Shown: piece by piece, positions 1-11,783 of the stretch | Position numbering within the stretch: the first letter of the stretch is position 1 | How the letters are laid out: each line of letters opens with the position of its first letter | Assembly: GCA_010015805.1 (NCBI GenBank) | Contig: ML978122.1 | Location: 2,142,453-2,206,452 of the forward strand | Length of the DNA stretch: 64,000 nt | Source of the DNA: Rhizodiscina lignyota | Lineage: Eukaryota | Reading direction: 5' to 3' | Made by a program: the position numbers and the translations under genes | The notes under the pieces: model-generated | Database searches by the model: none | What the model was told of the DNA's origin: nothing | Seen by the model: the letters and a program-made list of their open reading frames with translations, nothing else

Positions 1-1750
1 CGCACTTCTGTCCTTCTGCAACGATCGTGTGGCCGTCCACCTCGACTTCGACCTCGTGCTGCACAGTCGGTGGTCCATCCACATCGGTGGTCGTAACCTT
101 TGTGAGGTCGATCTGCGTTGCTTGATGGGTGTAGCTCAACCTGTCCTTCTCTCTGGCAGAGTTGTCCCTCTGCGAACGTGGGGACATGGTCAAGTTGATG
201 TAGTCGTTAATCTCGCCTGGAAACTCAATTTCCAAGTTCACACTAATGCGGAGGTCGAGGTCGTTGTCCGGACGTAGAATGTCGATGTCGGCGACGCGAG
301 CCTTGACGATTTTGGCGGTGATTTGGTTGGTCTTGGAATCCGTTGTGATCCGCATCTTCCGCTTATGGTTGGGATTGATGACTTGACGTGCCATTTGAGG
401 AAGCTGGAGGTATCCAGTTTGGTTGAGCTCGTAGAACGCATCAGTCTCTCTGGGATGCTTGTACGTGATAGGTACACGACCTTTCCCCATCGATAGTCGT
501 GTGGCCTCGTTCAGATACTGGTTCAGGCGCTGGTACTGTTGCGGAGTGACGCCTGACTCAAAGCGAACATCGTGAACGTTCGGTCTCAGGACGGCCTCGG
601 TTTGAATACCAAGGTCAAGACGTTCGCCAGTCATCTTGTTGATGATTTTGCCCAGCTTTGCCTCGATTTCCCAATGTGCGATCGCAGGTGGTGGAGCCCC
701 AGTTGGTGTTTGCGCGATGGATGGATCACCACCCGCGACTACATATTGCTGGAGGAAAGTCATGACAGCTCTCCTTGTTTCGTAGAATGCGGAGATGGCG
801 GCTATGTTTGGCTCTGGCATGCCGTGTGCTTGCATGCCATGTGGCTGTTGGACATGCGGCTGCTGGACATGCGGCTGCTGGACATGCGGCTGTTGGACAT
901 GCGGCTGCTGGACTTGGGACTGCGGGGGGTTTGGCTGTTCGCTGCGTTCCGGACCTCGAGCTGGCGTGGCCTCTCTGGACGATGGTCGCTGACTGTGTCC
1001 GTTCACTAGAGACTTGGAAGGGCCGTGAAATCGTCGCGAACCCACAGGTTGTCTTTGTGCCCATTTTGGAACCTCGAGATACTTTCTCTTCTTCCTAGCA
1101 GGCTGTTCTGTGACTGAAGGTGCACTTCCGGGTTCTCTTTTAATGGTAGGTGTGGGTGTTCCGTCAGGTGTTGCGGACATTTTTTCAACAGCGCCATGAT
1201 TCTGCATATCAGAACTAGCGTTGGTTGATACCGACGGTCTTTCAGGACGGATCTGTGTCTCGCCATCGAATGCAGCGTCAGCTTTACGCTTCTGACTTGT
1301 CCTGCTATCCGTGCTTTGTGCGTCGCGATCAGCAGGCGGTGCTGCCATGCTGGGGCGTGAATTAAATTCGGGTGCAGGAGGAGGGGCAGGTGTGCTGCTT
1401 TTGCGGATCGCTCGATCGCTAGGCGAGGAGAGACCCGCGGATGGCGGTGCTTGCGGATTCAAGATGTCGCGCTGGAAGTCGGGAGAAGAGTGCGCCGTAG
1501 TTGGTGTTTGACTTTGCATGATGTCTCGTTGGATTTCTGGTGATGTCCGGAGGAGAGGGGGTGGGTGGCTTTGGAGTATGCTTCGTTGCGATTCTGGAGA
1601 GAGGTCGCCAATGGAGGAGTATGCTCTTACAGGTTGCATGCGAGGAGGTGGATGAGCAAACTGGTCTGCGCTTATTGACATGCTGCGGCCTGTTGGTGCA
1701 GGCGCTTTGTTGGCGCTGCCATCGGTATTGAGTATATTCCGAAGGTCCAT
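1..1750 (-). CDS. CET1: mRNA-capping RNA 5'-triphosphatase (Cet1, triphosphate tunnel metalloenzyme), 3' end outside window
   Basis: Hand translation of the minus strand from ATG 1750 (MDLRNILNTDG...) stays open to the window edge, so it is absent from the ORF track. Contains motif A WEIEAKLG, RISVNLE, REKDRLSY..QIDLTKV and motif C HEVEVE after a long low-complexity N-terminus. Confidence 0.92.
   Translation of the reverse strand, partial: MDLRNILNTDGSANKAPAPTGRSMSISADQFAHPPPRMQPVRAYSSIGDLSPESQRSILQSHPPPLLRTSPEIQRDIMQSQTPTTAHSSPDFQRDILNPQAPPSAGLSSPSDRAIRKSSTPAPPPAPEFNSRPSMAAPPADRDAQSTDSRTSQKRKADAAFDGETQIRPERPSVSTNASSDMQNHGAVEKMSATPDGTPTPTIKREPGSAPSVTEQPARKKRKYLEVPKWAQRQPVGSRRFHGPSKSLVNGHSQRPSSREATPARGPERSEQPNPPQSQVQQPHVQQPHVQQPHVQQPHVQQPHGMQAHGMPEPNIAAISAFYETRRAVMTFLQQYVVAGGDPSIAQTPTGAPPPAIAHWEIEAKLGKIINKMTGERLDLGIQTEAVLRPNVHDVRFESGVTPQQYQRLNQYLNEATRLSMGKGRVPITYKHPRETDAFYELNQTGYLQLPQMARQVINPNHKRKMRITTDSKTNQITAKIVKARVADIDILRPDNDLDLRISVNLEIEFPGEINDYINLTMSPRSQRDNSAREKDRLSYTHQATQIDLTKVTTTDVDGPPTVQHEVEVEVDGHTIVAEGQKC
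838..913. repeat. 15-bp tandem repeat (~5 units, GCGGCTG(C/T)TGGACAT) encoding (QQPHV)n in Cet1
   Basis: Units visible at 841, 856, 871, 886 and 901; in frame on the minus strand. Confidence 0.95.
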
Positions 1751-2618
1751 TGTGCCGCCCAGCCACCTTTTTTTTCAACAATAGCTTATTGAGTATGCCG
1801 AAATTTCTCCAGAGACAATAGTAATAAAGCGCGCGTAGCGATTTATAGATGACATGCGGAGGCTGAGGTACTTGTGACAAGATGGAGGCTGGCGGATCGC
1901 AAGCGTTACTCGCAGCGCGTGGAAAGGATGATGCGGAACTGGGATCGCACTGTCGGACTATACAATTAAAGGGTGGTAGATATCGCCCCGATGGCTACGG
2001 TAGTAATGAAATATGCGAGAAGGTGCAGATGATTCTTTGTTGAACAGTGGCCTAGGCTGCAGACCGGTTCACAGGCGGCTGGACGACGGCATGCGACCAC
2101 ATCTTCAGACGTGGCGAGACGAGGCGACTGCGCCTAATAGCTTCGACACGGTGGGGGAGGGGCGCTCATGGCGTGGCGTTGGTGTTAGCGGTGGTGATGG
2201 GCAACACACGAATATGTGGTGAAGATGAGATGCGCATGTCCTGCGCCAAGACCGTGGAGTGAAAAGTGCATTACATAAGCCGGACGTGAGTCGCGCTACC
2301 TCGTGTGCATCATTCGCGGCTGTGGTCGCCTGCACATCAACAGCAGAAGCTTTGCCAGCTCACCACCACCCAAGCAACAACATCCCTCACATCTTCTCCT
2401 TTGTTCCACACATTCGGCCCTTTCGAACTCTCCTTCATCGACCTTCTCCGACCACCTTCCCGCAGCCGAAAGGCTATCGAGGTTACTAAGCCGCGGCGTC
2501 AAACACGACTTCTTTCGGCTTCGAGCTTTGCCATCACACCACCTTCTTCACTCTACGCGCTCTTCTTGCGCTCGAATTTCCATCTACACAATATTAAACC
2601 ACCAAGGCTCGTTGCGGG

Positions 2619-5600
2619 ATGGTTGCCTTAACGTCCGCAGCCGGTCTGGTTGGCTTTCTTTCAGAGCCGGACAATGCTCTTCGGACCTTTGCTCTCGAGC
2701 GACTGAACGAGGAGATCGATCTGCTATGGCCAGAGGTATCAGGTTCGATCGGTCAGATGTAAGTGTTTGTTTTCCACGTATTACAAGTTGCTCGGCGATG
2801 GAATCCAAGCTATCGCGAGCTCTTGCCAGCTCCATCGGACAAGTCGATGATGGCAGAGCTAAAGCTCCAACGTACGATAAGAACATCGAACAGTTACTGA
2901 TGAATATCGGTCAAACAGTGAAGCACTCTACGAAGATGAAAGCTTTCCTGAGCGCGAGCTCGCTGCTCTCGTCGCGGCCAAGGTGTACTACCAGCTACAA
3001 GAATACAACGAGAGCATGGTCTTTGCGTTAGGTGCTGGAAAGCTCTTCAACCTCGATCAGCCTGGAGAGTTTGAGGACACGATAGTCGGTACGTCTACTT
3101 ATATCGCGGTTCCTGCCTTTTTCTCAACCTTCAACGGGCGAATCAAGATGTACCCAAAATCGATTACTAACACGAGATTCTTCCAGCAAAATGCGTGGAT
3201 ACCTACATCGCTCTATCTGCTATGCACAACCCTCCCACACCTGCCAGTACCGCGAATCAGCCGTTGCCGCAACTTACAACCGCGTTTCCCTCGAATGCAA
3301 ACGGTGGCGCAAGCACCTCAGCCGGCTTGACGTCACCTACGACCCCCTTCTCACAATCGACCCTTCCATCGAAATCGCTTCTCTCGCGAGTAGATTCGTC
3401 AGGTTTCGACCCATCCGTGCCTGGAGGTGGAAATGCCGGCGTTCCTGGCTCTCATCCTTCGCCTCTGGCTCTGAGCCGAAATGTACAAAAGAGCCTGCAA
3501 GCCATCATTCGGCGTCTATTCGAGAGCTGCTATGAGGTTGGAGCATACCAGCAAGTAGTTGGAATCGCTATCGAGGCGAGGAACTTGGATGTTCTCCGGG
3601 AGACAATCCTCCGCGCCAGCCAAGAGGAGAAACGACGAGGAAAGAAAGCGGCTACTGCTGCAACTGGTAAGAGCGAGGAGTTGATGGAATATGTTCTGGA
3701 TATCTGCATGAACGTCGTACAGGAGAGAGGTCTCAGAAATGAGGTACGATTTCAAAGCCACGGTGCTTTTCATTTTGTTTTACTAACAACTGGTGAAGAT
3801 TTTGCGACTCATTCTTGACCTCCTCAATGATATCCCGAATCCCGACTACTTCTCCATCGCCAAATGCGTCGTCTATCTCGATCAACATTCGATGGCTTCG
3901 AATATGCTCAAACAGTTGGTTGAGCGAGGCGATGGCCGCTCGCTCGCAGTCGCATACCAGATTTCCTTCGACCTATATGACAACGGTACCCAAGAATTCC
4001 TGACCAAGGTTATGGATGAACTACCGGAAACTGAAGAGAAAGAGCAGCCAACGGCAAATGGAGACGTCAATCATCAGCCAAAGGCCGACGGTGCTCAAGA
4101 AACAGACTCGCTGCTCGCGAACGCAGACAATAGCAACGAGGCACCCGCAACGTCAACTATTGTGTCGCGTTCAAAGCAGAAACCTCTGACAGAAGAAGAG
4201 AAGAAGGCGTTTAGCTCTATCCGCCAGATTCTCCGTGGAACGAAGAGCATTGAACTGAACCTCGAATTCCTCTTCCGGAACAATCATGCTGACCGAAATA
4301 TTCTCAACAAGGTCCGCGACAGCCTCGAGGCAAGAAACTCGATCTTCCACTCTGGCGTTACCTTTGCGAATGCCTTCATGAACTCGGGAACAGCTAGCGA
4401 CTCCTTCCTGCGCGAAAACCTCGAATGGCTCGGCAAAGCAGTCAACTGGTCCAAATTCACTGCTACAGCTGCTCTGGGCGTCATTCATCGCGGCAACATT
4501 AGCAATGGCCAGAAGTTGCTTGAGCCATACCTACCGAAGGAAACTGCAGTTGCAAATTCGGCTTACAGCCAAGGTGGTTCGCTCTATGCGCTCGGCTTGA
4601 TTTACACCAATCACGGCACTCATGTTCTGGATTACCTGCGGACGCAATTCAATAAGGCGACCGAAGAAGTAGTCCAGCATGGCGGTGCTCTCGGCCTCGG
4701 TGTTGCTGGAATGGCGACTGGATCGGATGAGATCTACGAAGAGCTTCGAAACGTGCTCTACACGGACTCCGCGATCAATGGCGAGGCCGTCGGCCTTTCT
4801 ATGGGTCTCGTCATGCTTGGCACGGGCAACATCAAGGCGCTTGAGGACATGATCCAGTATGCCCACGACACGCAGCATGAGAAGATTGTTCGTGGTCTAG
4901 CCATGGGCATGGCTCTCATCATGTATGCACGCCAGGAGGCTGCCGATGAATTGATCAACGGCTTGCTCGAGGACCCGGACCCGACTCTTCGATACGGAGG
5001 TATCATGACCATTGCGCTGGCGTACTGCGGCACTGGCAGCAACAAGGCTGTGCGGAAGCTCCTTCACGTCGCTGTGAGCGATGTCTCAGATGATGTTCGC
5101 CGCGTCGCGGTGATGTCTCTTGGTTTCGTCCTCTTCCGCAAGCCGGGTAGCGTCCCTCGTATGGTTGAGCTTCTCGCCGAGTCTTACAATCCTCACGTGC
5201 GATATGGCGCAACTATGGCATTGGGCATTGCGTGCGCTGGCACTGGTCTGGATGAAGCGGTCGACCTCCTTGAGCCAATGATGAAGGATTCTACCGACTT
5301 CGTTCGACAAGGCGCCCTGATAAGCTTGTCCATGATCATGGTGCAGCAGAATGAGGCCATGAATCCCAAGGTCGCAACCATCCGCAAGACTCTCCAGAAA
5401 GTCATTAGCGACAGACATGAGGATGCCATGGCCAAGTTTGGCTGCGCGCTCGCTCTCGGCATTATCGATGCTGGTGGCAGGAACTGCTCAATCGGCCTCC
5501 AAACCCAGACTGGAAACCTGAACATGGCAGCCATCGTTGGCATGGCCGTGTTCACGCAGTACTGGTATTGGTTCCCTCTCACACACTTCCTTGCCCTCTC

Positions 5601-6476
5601 ATTTACTCCGACCGCAATCATCGGTGTCGATCAGGAGCTCGAGATCCCGAGCTTCAAGTTCCACTCCGCGACTCGCCCGAGTATGTTCGACTACCCGCCC
5701 GAGCAGGAGATCAAGACGGAAGAGGCGCCCGAGAAGGTCAAGACCGCTGTGCTGTCGACGACGAATCAGGCGAAGCGGAGAAAGCAGTTGAAAGAGAGGC
5801 AGCAGAGGAGGGAGAGCATGGATGTCGACCCTGGACAGACGCCCACCACTCCAAAGCCAGATGAGGAGATGAAAGATGTTGAGGATGGGAAGAAGGACGA
5901 GAGCGCTGTCGTCGACGATGCAAAGGATGCGAAGGAAAAGGAGAGCACGCCGAACGGAGAGGGTAGTATCAAGAAGAAGATTGAAAAGGAGAAGGTGGGC
6001 TACGACTTGGAGAATATGAGCAGGGTACTGCCGGCACAAGTCAAGTATATCTCGTTCCCAGAAGCGAGATACGTACCGGTTAAGAAGGTGAGGAATTTAC
6101 TCCGTCTTCGTTCTACGGGGAACTATGCTAACCAAACCTACAGCCTACTGGTGGCGTAGTCCTGCTCACGGACACCAAGCCTGAAGAACCCAAGACTCTT
6201 CTCGAGCTCAAGGTCAAGAAGTCATCATCTGCTCCAGCACCAACTGCCGGTGGTGCAGGCCCTGCGGGTACGACTGGCCGCTCCCTGACTGATATGGTCA
6301 ACGATGCGTACAATGCGCGTGACAGCCAAGCTGACGCTGTCGACCCGGCTCAAGCTAATGCCGAGAACATTGCTGCAGTCCTCGGCGCCGTAGACGAGGA
6401 CGACGAAGGTGGAGAAGAAGCGGATGCACCCGCTGAATTCGACTACGAGAGCGCTGGCGAGGAAGGAGACCGGTAG
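2619..6476 (+). CDS. RPN2: 26S proteasome 19S regulatory subunit Rpn2 (5 exons)
   Basis: N-terminus MVALTSAAGLVGFLSEPD; PC repeats (NWSKFTATAALGVIHRG, HVAVSDVSDDVRR, ESYNPHVRYG, FTQYWYWFP). Introns approx. 2759-2918, 3089-3186, 3744-3798, 6088-6143. Acidic C-terminus ...PAEFDYESAGEEGDR*. Confidence 0.97.
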
Positions 6477-7768
6477 ATTAGCGGAGGAACACTTTCTTGT
6501 ATCATTGAGGCCTTCTTTAGCGCCCACGGGTTGCATTATTGGCGTCTAACTGCTTTACACCTGCCTCTCTCGGCCTACTTTCGGGGAACGTTAGGTACTC
6601 TATCCACCAGCTGCGGAAAGGACGGATATCGCTTACCCCAGAAGCGGATTACTAGATTTGTGCAATCAGGGATGCTGTAGTATAATACTCAATTTTGTGT
6701 GCCCTTCCTTATCTCGTAGTTCACTTGACGCTCTTCTGTTGTAGTGATAGGTCTCCTTAGTCCAAGGCTGTCGTGTGCCCGCCCTTACCCTGTTATTCGC
6801 TTTGCTTTCTTCTACTACTGTATCAAAATTATCGTCGGCAGATTCCGTACTGGTAAGTAACGCCTCTCTTCACATGAGTGCTACTACATACGCTCCTTCC
6901 ACTCCCCCAGATCGATATTCTTTTTACTGACCAAGGACCAATCAGATATTTGTTGAGTATTCGGCGACCAGCTGTATCATCGGTGGCTTAGTTCTTTACT
7001 CTCACCCGACCGTTCCCCGTGGTGAAGAAGGAGCGGGCCTCGCAAAGGCCGTCTTCCGCGAAACTTCATTGCGAAACATTGATCACGATAAGCTTTATAT
7101 GGGCTTTCCGATCCCGATCCAATGCGCTTCTGGGTGAAGAAGGAGCAAGCATTGCAAAGCCGTTGACGACATCAAGATGTGTACGCTCTTTCCGCGAAGT
7201 CGAATCACGATGCGCTTTGAAAGGAGATCTCGATCTCGAATACAATGCGGATTGGTGGATTCAGTGTATAAACTTTCACACAACCCAAAATGCGACTCTT
7301 TCCGTCAGCGCGTGCTTGGGCAAGAGGCTTGTGCCATCGCCGCCTGCTTGCAATCCAGCCGCAGGCGTCTTGGGCCTTTGGCCTCATGGTAGGTACATAA
7401 ATCTCTCAATATCTCTCTTGCACGCTGAGCAAAAGTCCAAATTCACACTTTGCTTCCAACACCAGCTTTTGGGCTGTGAATCCTTCATCTCCTGAACTTG
7501 TACCTGTTCGACACGTACTTTGCCCGAAATGTCTAGTGTCTCCCAAGTTGAAGAGCGAGGAGTGTTAGAGGGTGTGCTACACCTTGGTCTAAGTGGCGAG
7601 CAACACGGCCAATACGTTAGCGATGTCGCCATAAACAACACTCCGCGGCACACTCGCTTAGACTCGGAATTTTGCTCTATAATTATTCACCATGCGGAAG
7701 GGATTTCTCTTCCTCTTGCATCCTCTCTCACTACAACCGCCTCTACGAACGACGATTCATCTACCATC

Positions 7769-9083
7769 ATGGGCTTGCATATCGGCCAGGACTCGACTAC
7801 AAAAAAGGACTTGTACGCTGTGTTCCCAAATCTTTGGGTCAGCTTTGTGCCATGGAATCCAGCCATCAATCCGAACTACAAGCTGGTTAAGAAGGAATCG
7901 AACGCCTACATGATGGAGACTCTTGGACGCACTCTGAGCCAGTATGCGAAGCCGAGAGCTGGCAAGTTTCCCCTCTACGCGGCGATTCAGCTTCCCACTG
8001 CTTCGGCCGAGACTCTTCGGACGTGTGCAGACTGGTATGGATGGGTCTTCGAGTTCGACGATCGTAAGTTGCTTTCATAACACCCCCAATCTTCAACATA
8101 AACACAACAGATACTGGTTACGTTGGAGTTTTTACAGGTCTGCGCGCCCGCATAGAGAGTACAATTGAATACGACCTCCACACACAGACAAGGCTTTGTC
8201 TCGAACAAGCTAACACGGCGTTACTTAGAATTTGATGAGGATGGTATCTTCATCAAAGATCCCGAGAAAGGAATCAGACATGCGGAACACGTCCTCTCAG
8301 TCTTTTCTGATGATTGCGGTCTCTGGGCGGGGACATCGCCACTTAAGGAGATGTTTGCGTCGCTGTGGATGCGATTCAAGAAGGGCATGCCAAAGGGTAT
8401 GCATCCATCGTCAGTTGCACTTGTCGCAACCAGCTAATTACTGCAGATGCCCAAGAGCTGTACATCAAGCGGAACACGGAGTTCATCATGGCGCTCATCC
8501 AACAAATGAATCTGACCACGACGCCAAACTTCAAGAACCTCCAGGACTGGTTCAACTTCCGCCGCGACTCCATCGGAGTCCTCCCCGGATTCACATTCGC
8601 GCTCTACGTCCACGGTCTGACGATCAGCCGTGACATCATCGAGAGTGACCACATCCGCGAGATGGAGTACATGGCAATCGAAATCATCCTGCTGACCAAC
8701 GACATCCTCTCGTACCCGAAGGAGGGACCGGACCACATGTACAACACGACCGCCTTCCTCAAGAAGTCCCGTGGCCTCTCCACTCAAGAGGCTTTCGATG
8801 AGATCGGCCTGCTGCTCGATGAGCGGTTCAAGAAGTGGGACAGCCTCATGGCGACACTGCCGTCGTGGGGTGAGGAGAACGACCGACAGGTTCAGCTGTA
8901 CCTTGACGGCGTAAAGGGACATGTCAGCTCCAACACCAACTGGAGGTGAGCAGTATTCACACATGATGCTTTCGATAGCACAACTGACGTTGTTTTAGCT
9001 TCATGTCGCAGCGCTTCTTCGGACGCGACGGTCAGGCAGTCAAGGAGACTCGCCGCATCAAGCTTACACCTGAGCTACAGTGA
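7769..9083 (+). CDS. Class I terpene synthase (probable sesquiterpene cyclase), 4 exons
   Basis: Splicing 8064-8228 yields the DDQFD aspartate-rich motif. RRDSIG pyrophosphate-sensor region, NSE triad NDILSYPKE, and WSFMSQRFFG after the last intron (8946-8998). Confidence 0.9.
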
Positions 9084-10110
9084 TCGTGGACTTGGGCCCA
9101 GGACCAAGGATTGGATGGACTTGTGCTGTGCTGTCTGGAGGTTGTCTGGACTGCTGTGACGTGACATTCAGCAGTTAATACACTTGCTTAATAATTGAAG
9201 CTTAATGTTTAATGCAATACAACATCCTTATCACGAAACGTGCATTTTCAATAAAGTACTGTGCAATGAGTGTTATATCAAGCTTTCAAACGCGCTCTCA
9301 TCTGTATCGAGGAGCAAAAGACTTTCGTGTTGCATGTGTCCAACTTTCACGGTGTTTAACTATCCTGAGAGTGACAATAATATTTGCCATACTTTCGAAA
9401 TATCGAACAGTTCTAGTATAGCCTCTATCATTAACAAAGTGTACATATTGTTCAAAGCTAAGCTACTACCATAAAAACTCCAAACAGCATAGAACACAGC
9501 CTTCTGGAGTGTTCTCGTTTGTGTTGAAAGCAGCATGTGTTCGAGTTGTGTTTGACTTGACATATGGATAGTTGCACTCGTCGGCAGGCGCGTATGTACC
9601 CATAACATAGGCCGCTAGGTACCCGACATCGGGTACACATGCACCAGCCTCGGCACGGACTGCCCTGTCGCTTCCGTGCCAATGTTTTGACTTTCCATGT
9701 GGGGAGAAAATAACGGTAAGTATTTGCATCGCATAATTTCGCTAAGTGCAAGAAGGTGTTTGAGTTATCATGTATCAACATATTTATTATAGTTACAGGA
9801 GAAGCCACCACGAAGTCGCCTCGAAGATTGGCCGATATTCATTTGTGTCAAATCCGCCAGTTCAAGCGGACTGTCTTTCCCCGGCGTGGATCCCTGATCA
9901 TCAAATCGTCGGGGGTTTCTTCTCCAAGTCTCATCTTTATTGAAAACTTCATATACAAGACAATGCGGAGTGAAATCCGAAGCAGCTTCCGTCTGGTTTT
10001 GCATCTTTCTTACTGGTCATAGTTTGCTAGTTGCTGGTCAAGACTACACGTCTTCATCTTCGCTTGTCCGCTGACCGTCTCTTCCAAGTTATTTCGTTCG
10101 TAATTTAGCG

Positions 10111-11259
10111 ATGTCTGCCGCCATCAAGCCTCGAGTTTTGTTCTTCAGTCCAGTGCGACATGCTCTTGGAGTATACAAAGCTCTGTCAGACGTTGCCAGA
10201 ACAGAGGTTGTAACGAGCAAGTCGCGTGAGGAGTTCTTCGAAGATGTGAAAGGGAAATATAAGGATATTCGTGTGATATACAGGACTTCTTACAGTAGTG
10301 CTGTAAGTCGACTATTCAATTGAATCCTAGTCTCATCCTGTTCTATCAATTTGTAAAGATTTTCTTCAATTTCTGATATATCGTTTTTCATCGCCAATCC
10401 ACCAAACGATAGCAATCTCACGTCAACCCACCAGGTAGCGGGACCATTCGATGCTCAGTTCATATCAAAACTACCACCGTCATTGACACACATCCATCAC
10501 ACCGGAGCCGGCTATGATCAAATAGATGTCGCGGCCTGTACAGAGAAGCGAATTACGGTCACCAATGCACCCGACGCAGTAACCGACTCGACAGCTGACT
10601 TGACTCTCTTCTTAATCATTGGAGCATTACGAAACCTGAACCAATCCCTACTCGCCCTTCGCCGCGGTGAGTTTAAGAAAGGTGACTTCGGCCACGATCC
10701 GCAAGGGAAGACGCTTGGGATTATGGGACTCGGCCGCATCGGGCGAGCTGTCGCCGCTCGCGTCAAGTCTCTGGATATGAAGATCATTTACCACAGCCGG
10801 CGGCGCATATCGCCCGAATTAGAATCAGCTGCCGATGCGAGATATGTCTCGTTTGACGAGCTCCTCGCACAGAGCGATGTCATATCAATACACACGCCAC
10901 TCAACGCGGGAACGAAACACCTCATCGGAGCCGCACAGCTAAGAAAGATGAAGAAGGGGGCAATCATTATTAACACGGCTCGCGGTGCCGTCATCGATGA
11001 AGCTGCTCTCGTGGATGCTCTTGATTCCGGACATATCGGCGGAGTCGGACTTGACGTGTTTGAGAAGGAGCCGAAGGTTCACGAAGGACTGTTGAGGAAT
11101 GAGCGTACATTGATTGTTCCGCATATGGGCACTCATAGTACAGAGACATTGGCGAAAATGGAAGCTTGGGCGATGGGAGAAGCTGAGAGAGTAATCACAG
11201 GAAGACCTTTGCGGAGCGTAGTCCCAGAGCAGCAGGGTTTAGACTTCGCCAGGCTATAG
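10111..11259 (+). CDS. D-isomer-specific 2-hydroxyacid dehydrogenase (glyoxylate reductase-like), C-terminal -ARL
   Basis: Intron 10303-10434. Motifs GAGYD, GLGRIG, INTARG, LDVFEKEP, PHMG. Confidence 0.93.
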
Positions 11260-11783
11260 AAATGGCTCCGATTTGAAATGTACTAAAGTGTTGAGTGTAA
11301 CATCGCGATGACGGGGTCAGTTTGAGCCTCTCCATGACGGGCGACGATGAGCTTGTCGAATCATAGAGATTGAACGAGAAAAAGGACGACATTACCAACC
11401 AATTGCTAAGGCCTCTTTTACTCGGTTTAGTGAAGGTGCAGAATTCGGACTTAACAAGCAACCGGAGTGGCGAATATCTCGATAATGCATCTCCAATGCA
11501 ATTGTTTAGTAAGCGTCCCTCAGCTTGGAAATGTAGGTACGCGCGAATCAAGACCTCTGACCACGAAGACTGCGCTCTCAACTGGGAAATAGTGAATTGG
11601 GTTTGAAATTGGATTTGCGATATCGTACAGCAAGGTATGTGATTGTTTTCTATTCATCATTGTATGGATGGGGGAACTGGGAAGCTTCACTTGCATATAA
11701 AATATCGAAAACTGACTCAGGTCTCCTTGTTCAAACATCACTCTTCCCATTCATCATTAACCAATCGTTGAAGCGATTCGAAG

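Noticed and set aside
838..913. CRISPR-like array
   Set aside because: Head-to-tail coding repeat with no spacers, in a eukaryotic genome.
572..1098. Plus-strand ORFs with LLDMR, GHAAA or CGCWT repeats (metallothionein-like appearance)
   Set aside because: They are alternative-frame readings of the 15-bp repeat inside the minus-strand CET1 gene.
2759..2918. Intronic C/D snoRNA in RPN2 intron 1
   Set aside because: The C box is imperfect (ATGATGG), it is only ~50 nt from the CTGA, and that CTGA doubles as the branch site.
9180..10020. Gene or pseudogene between the terpene synthase and the dehydrogenase
   Set aside because: Short ORFs with no recognisable motif; better explained as AT-rich intergenic DNA plus a CGG-rich promoter.
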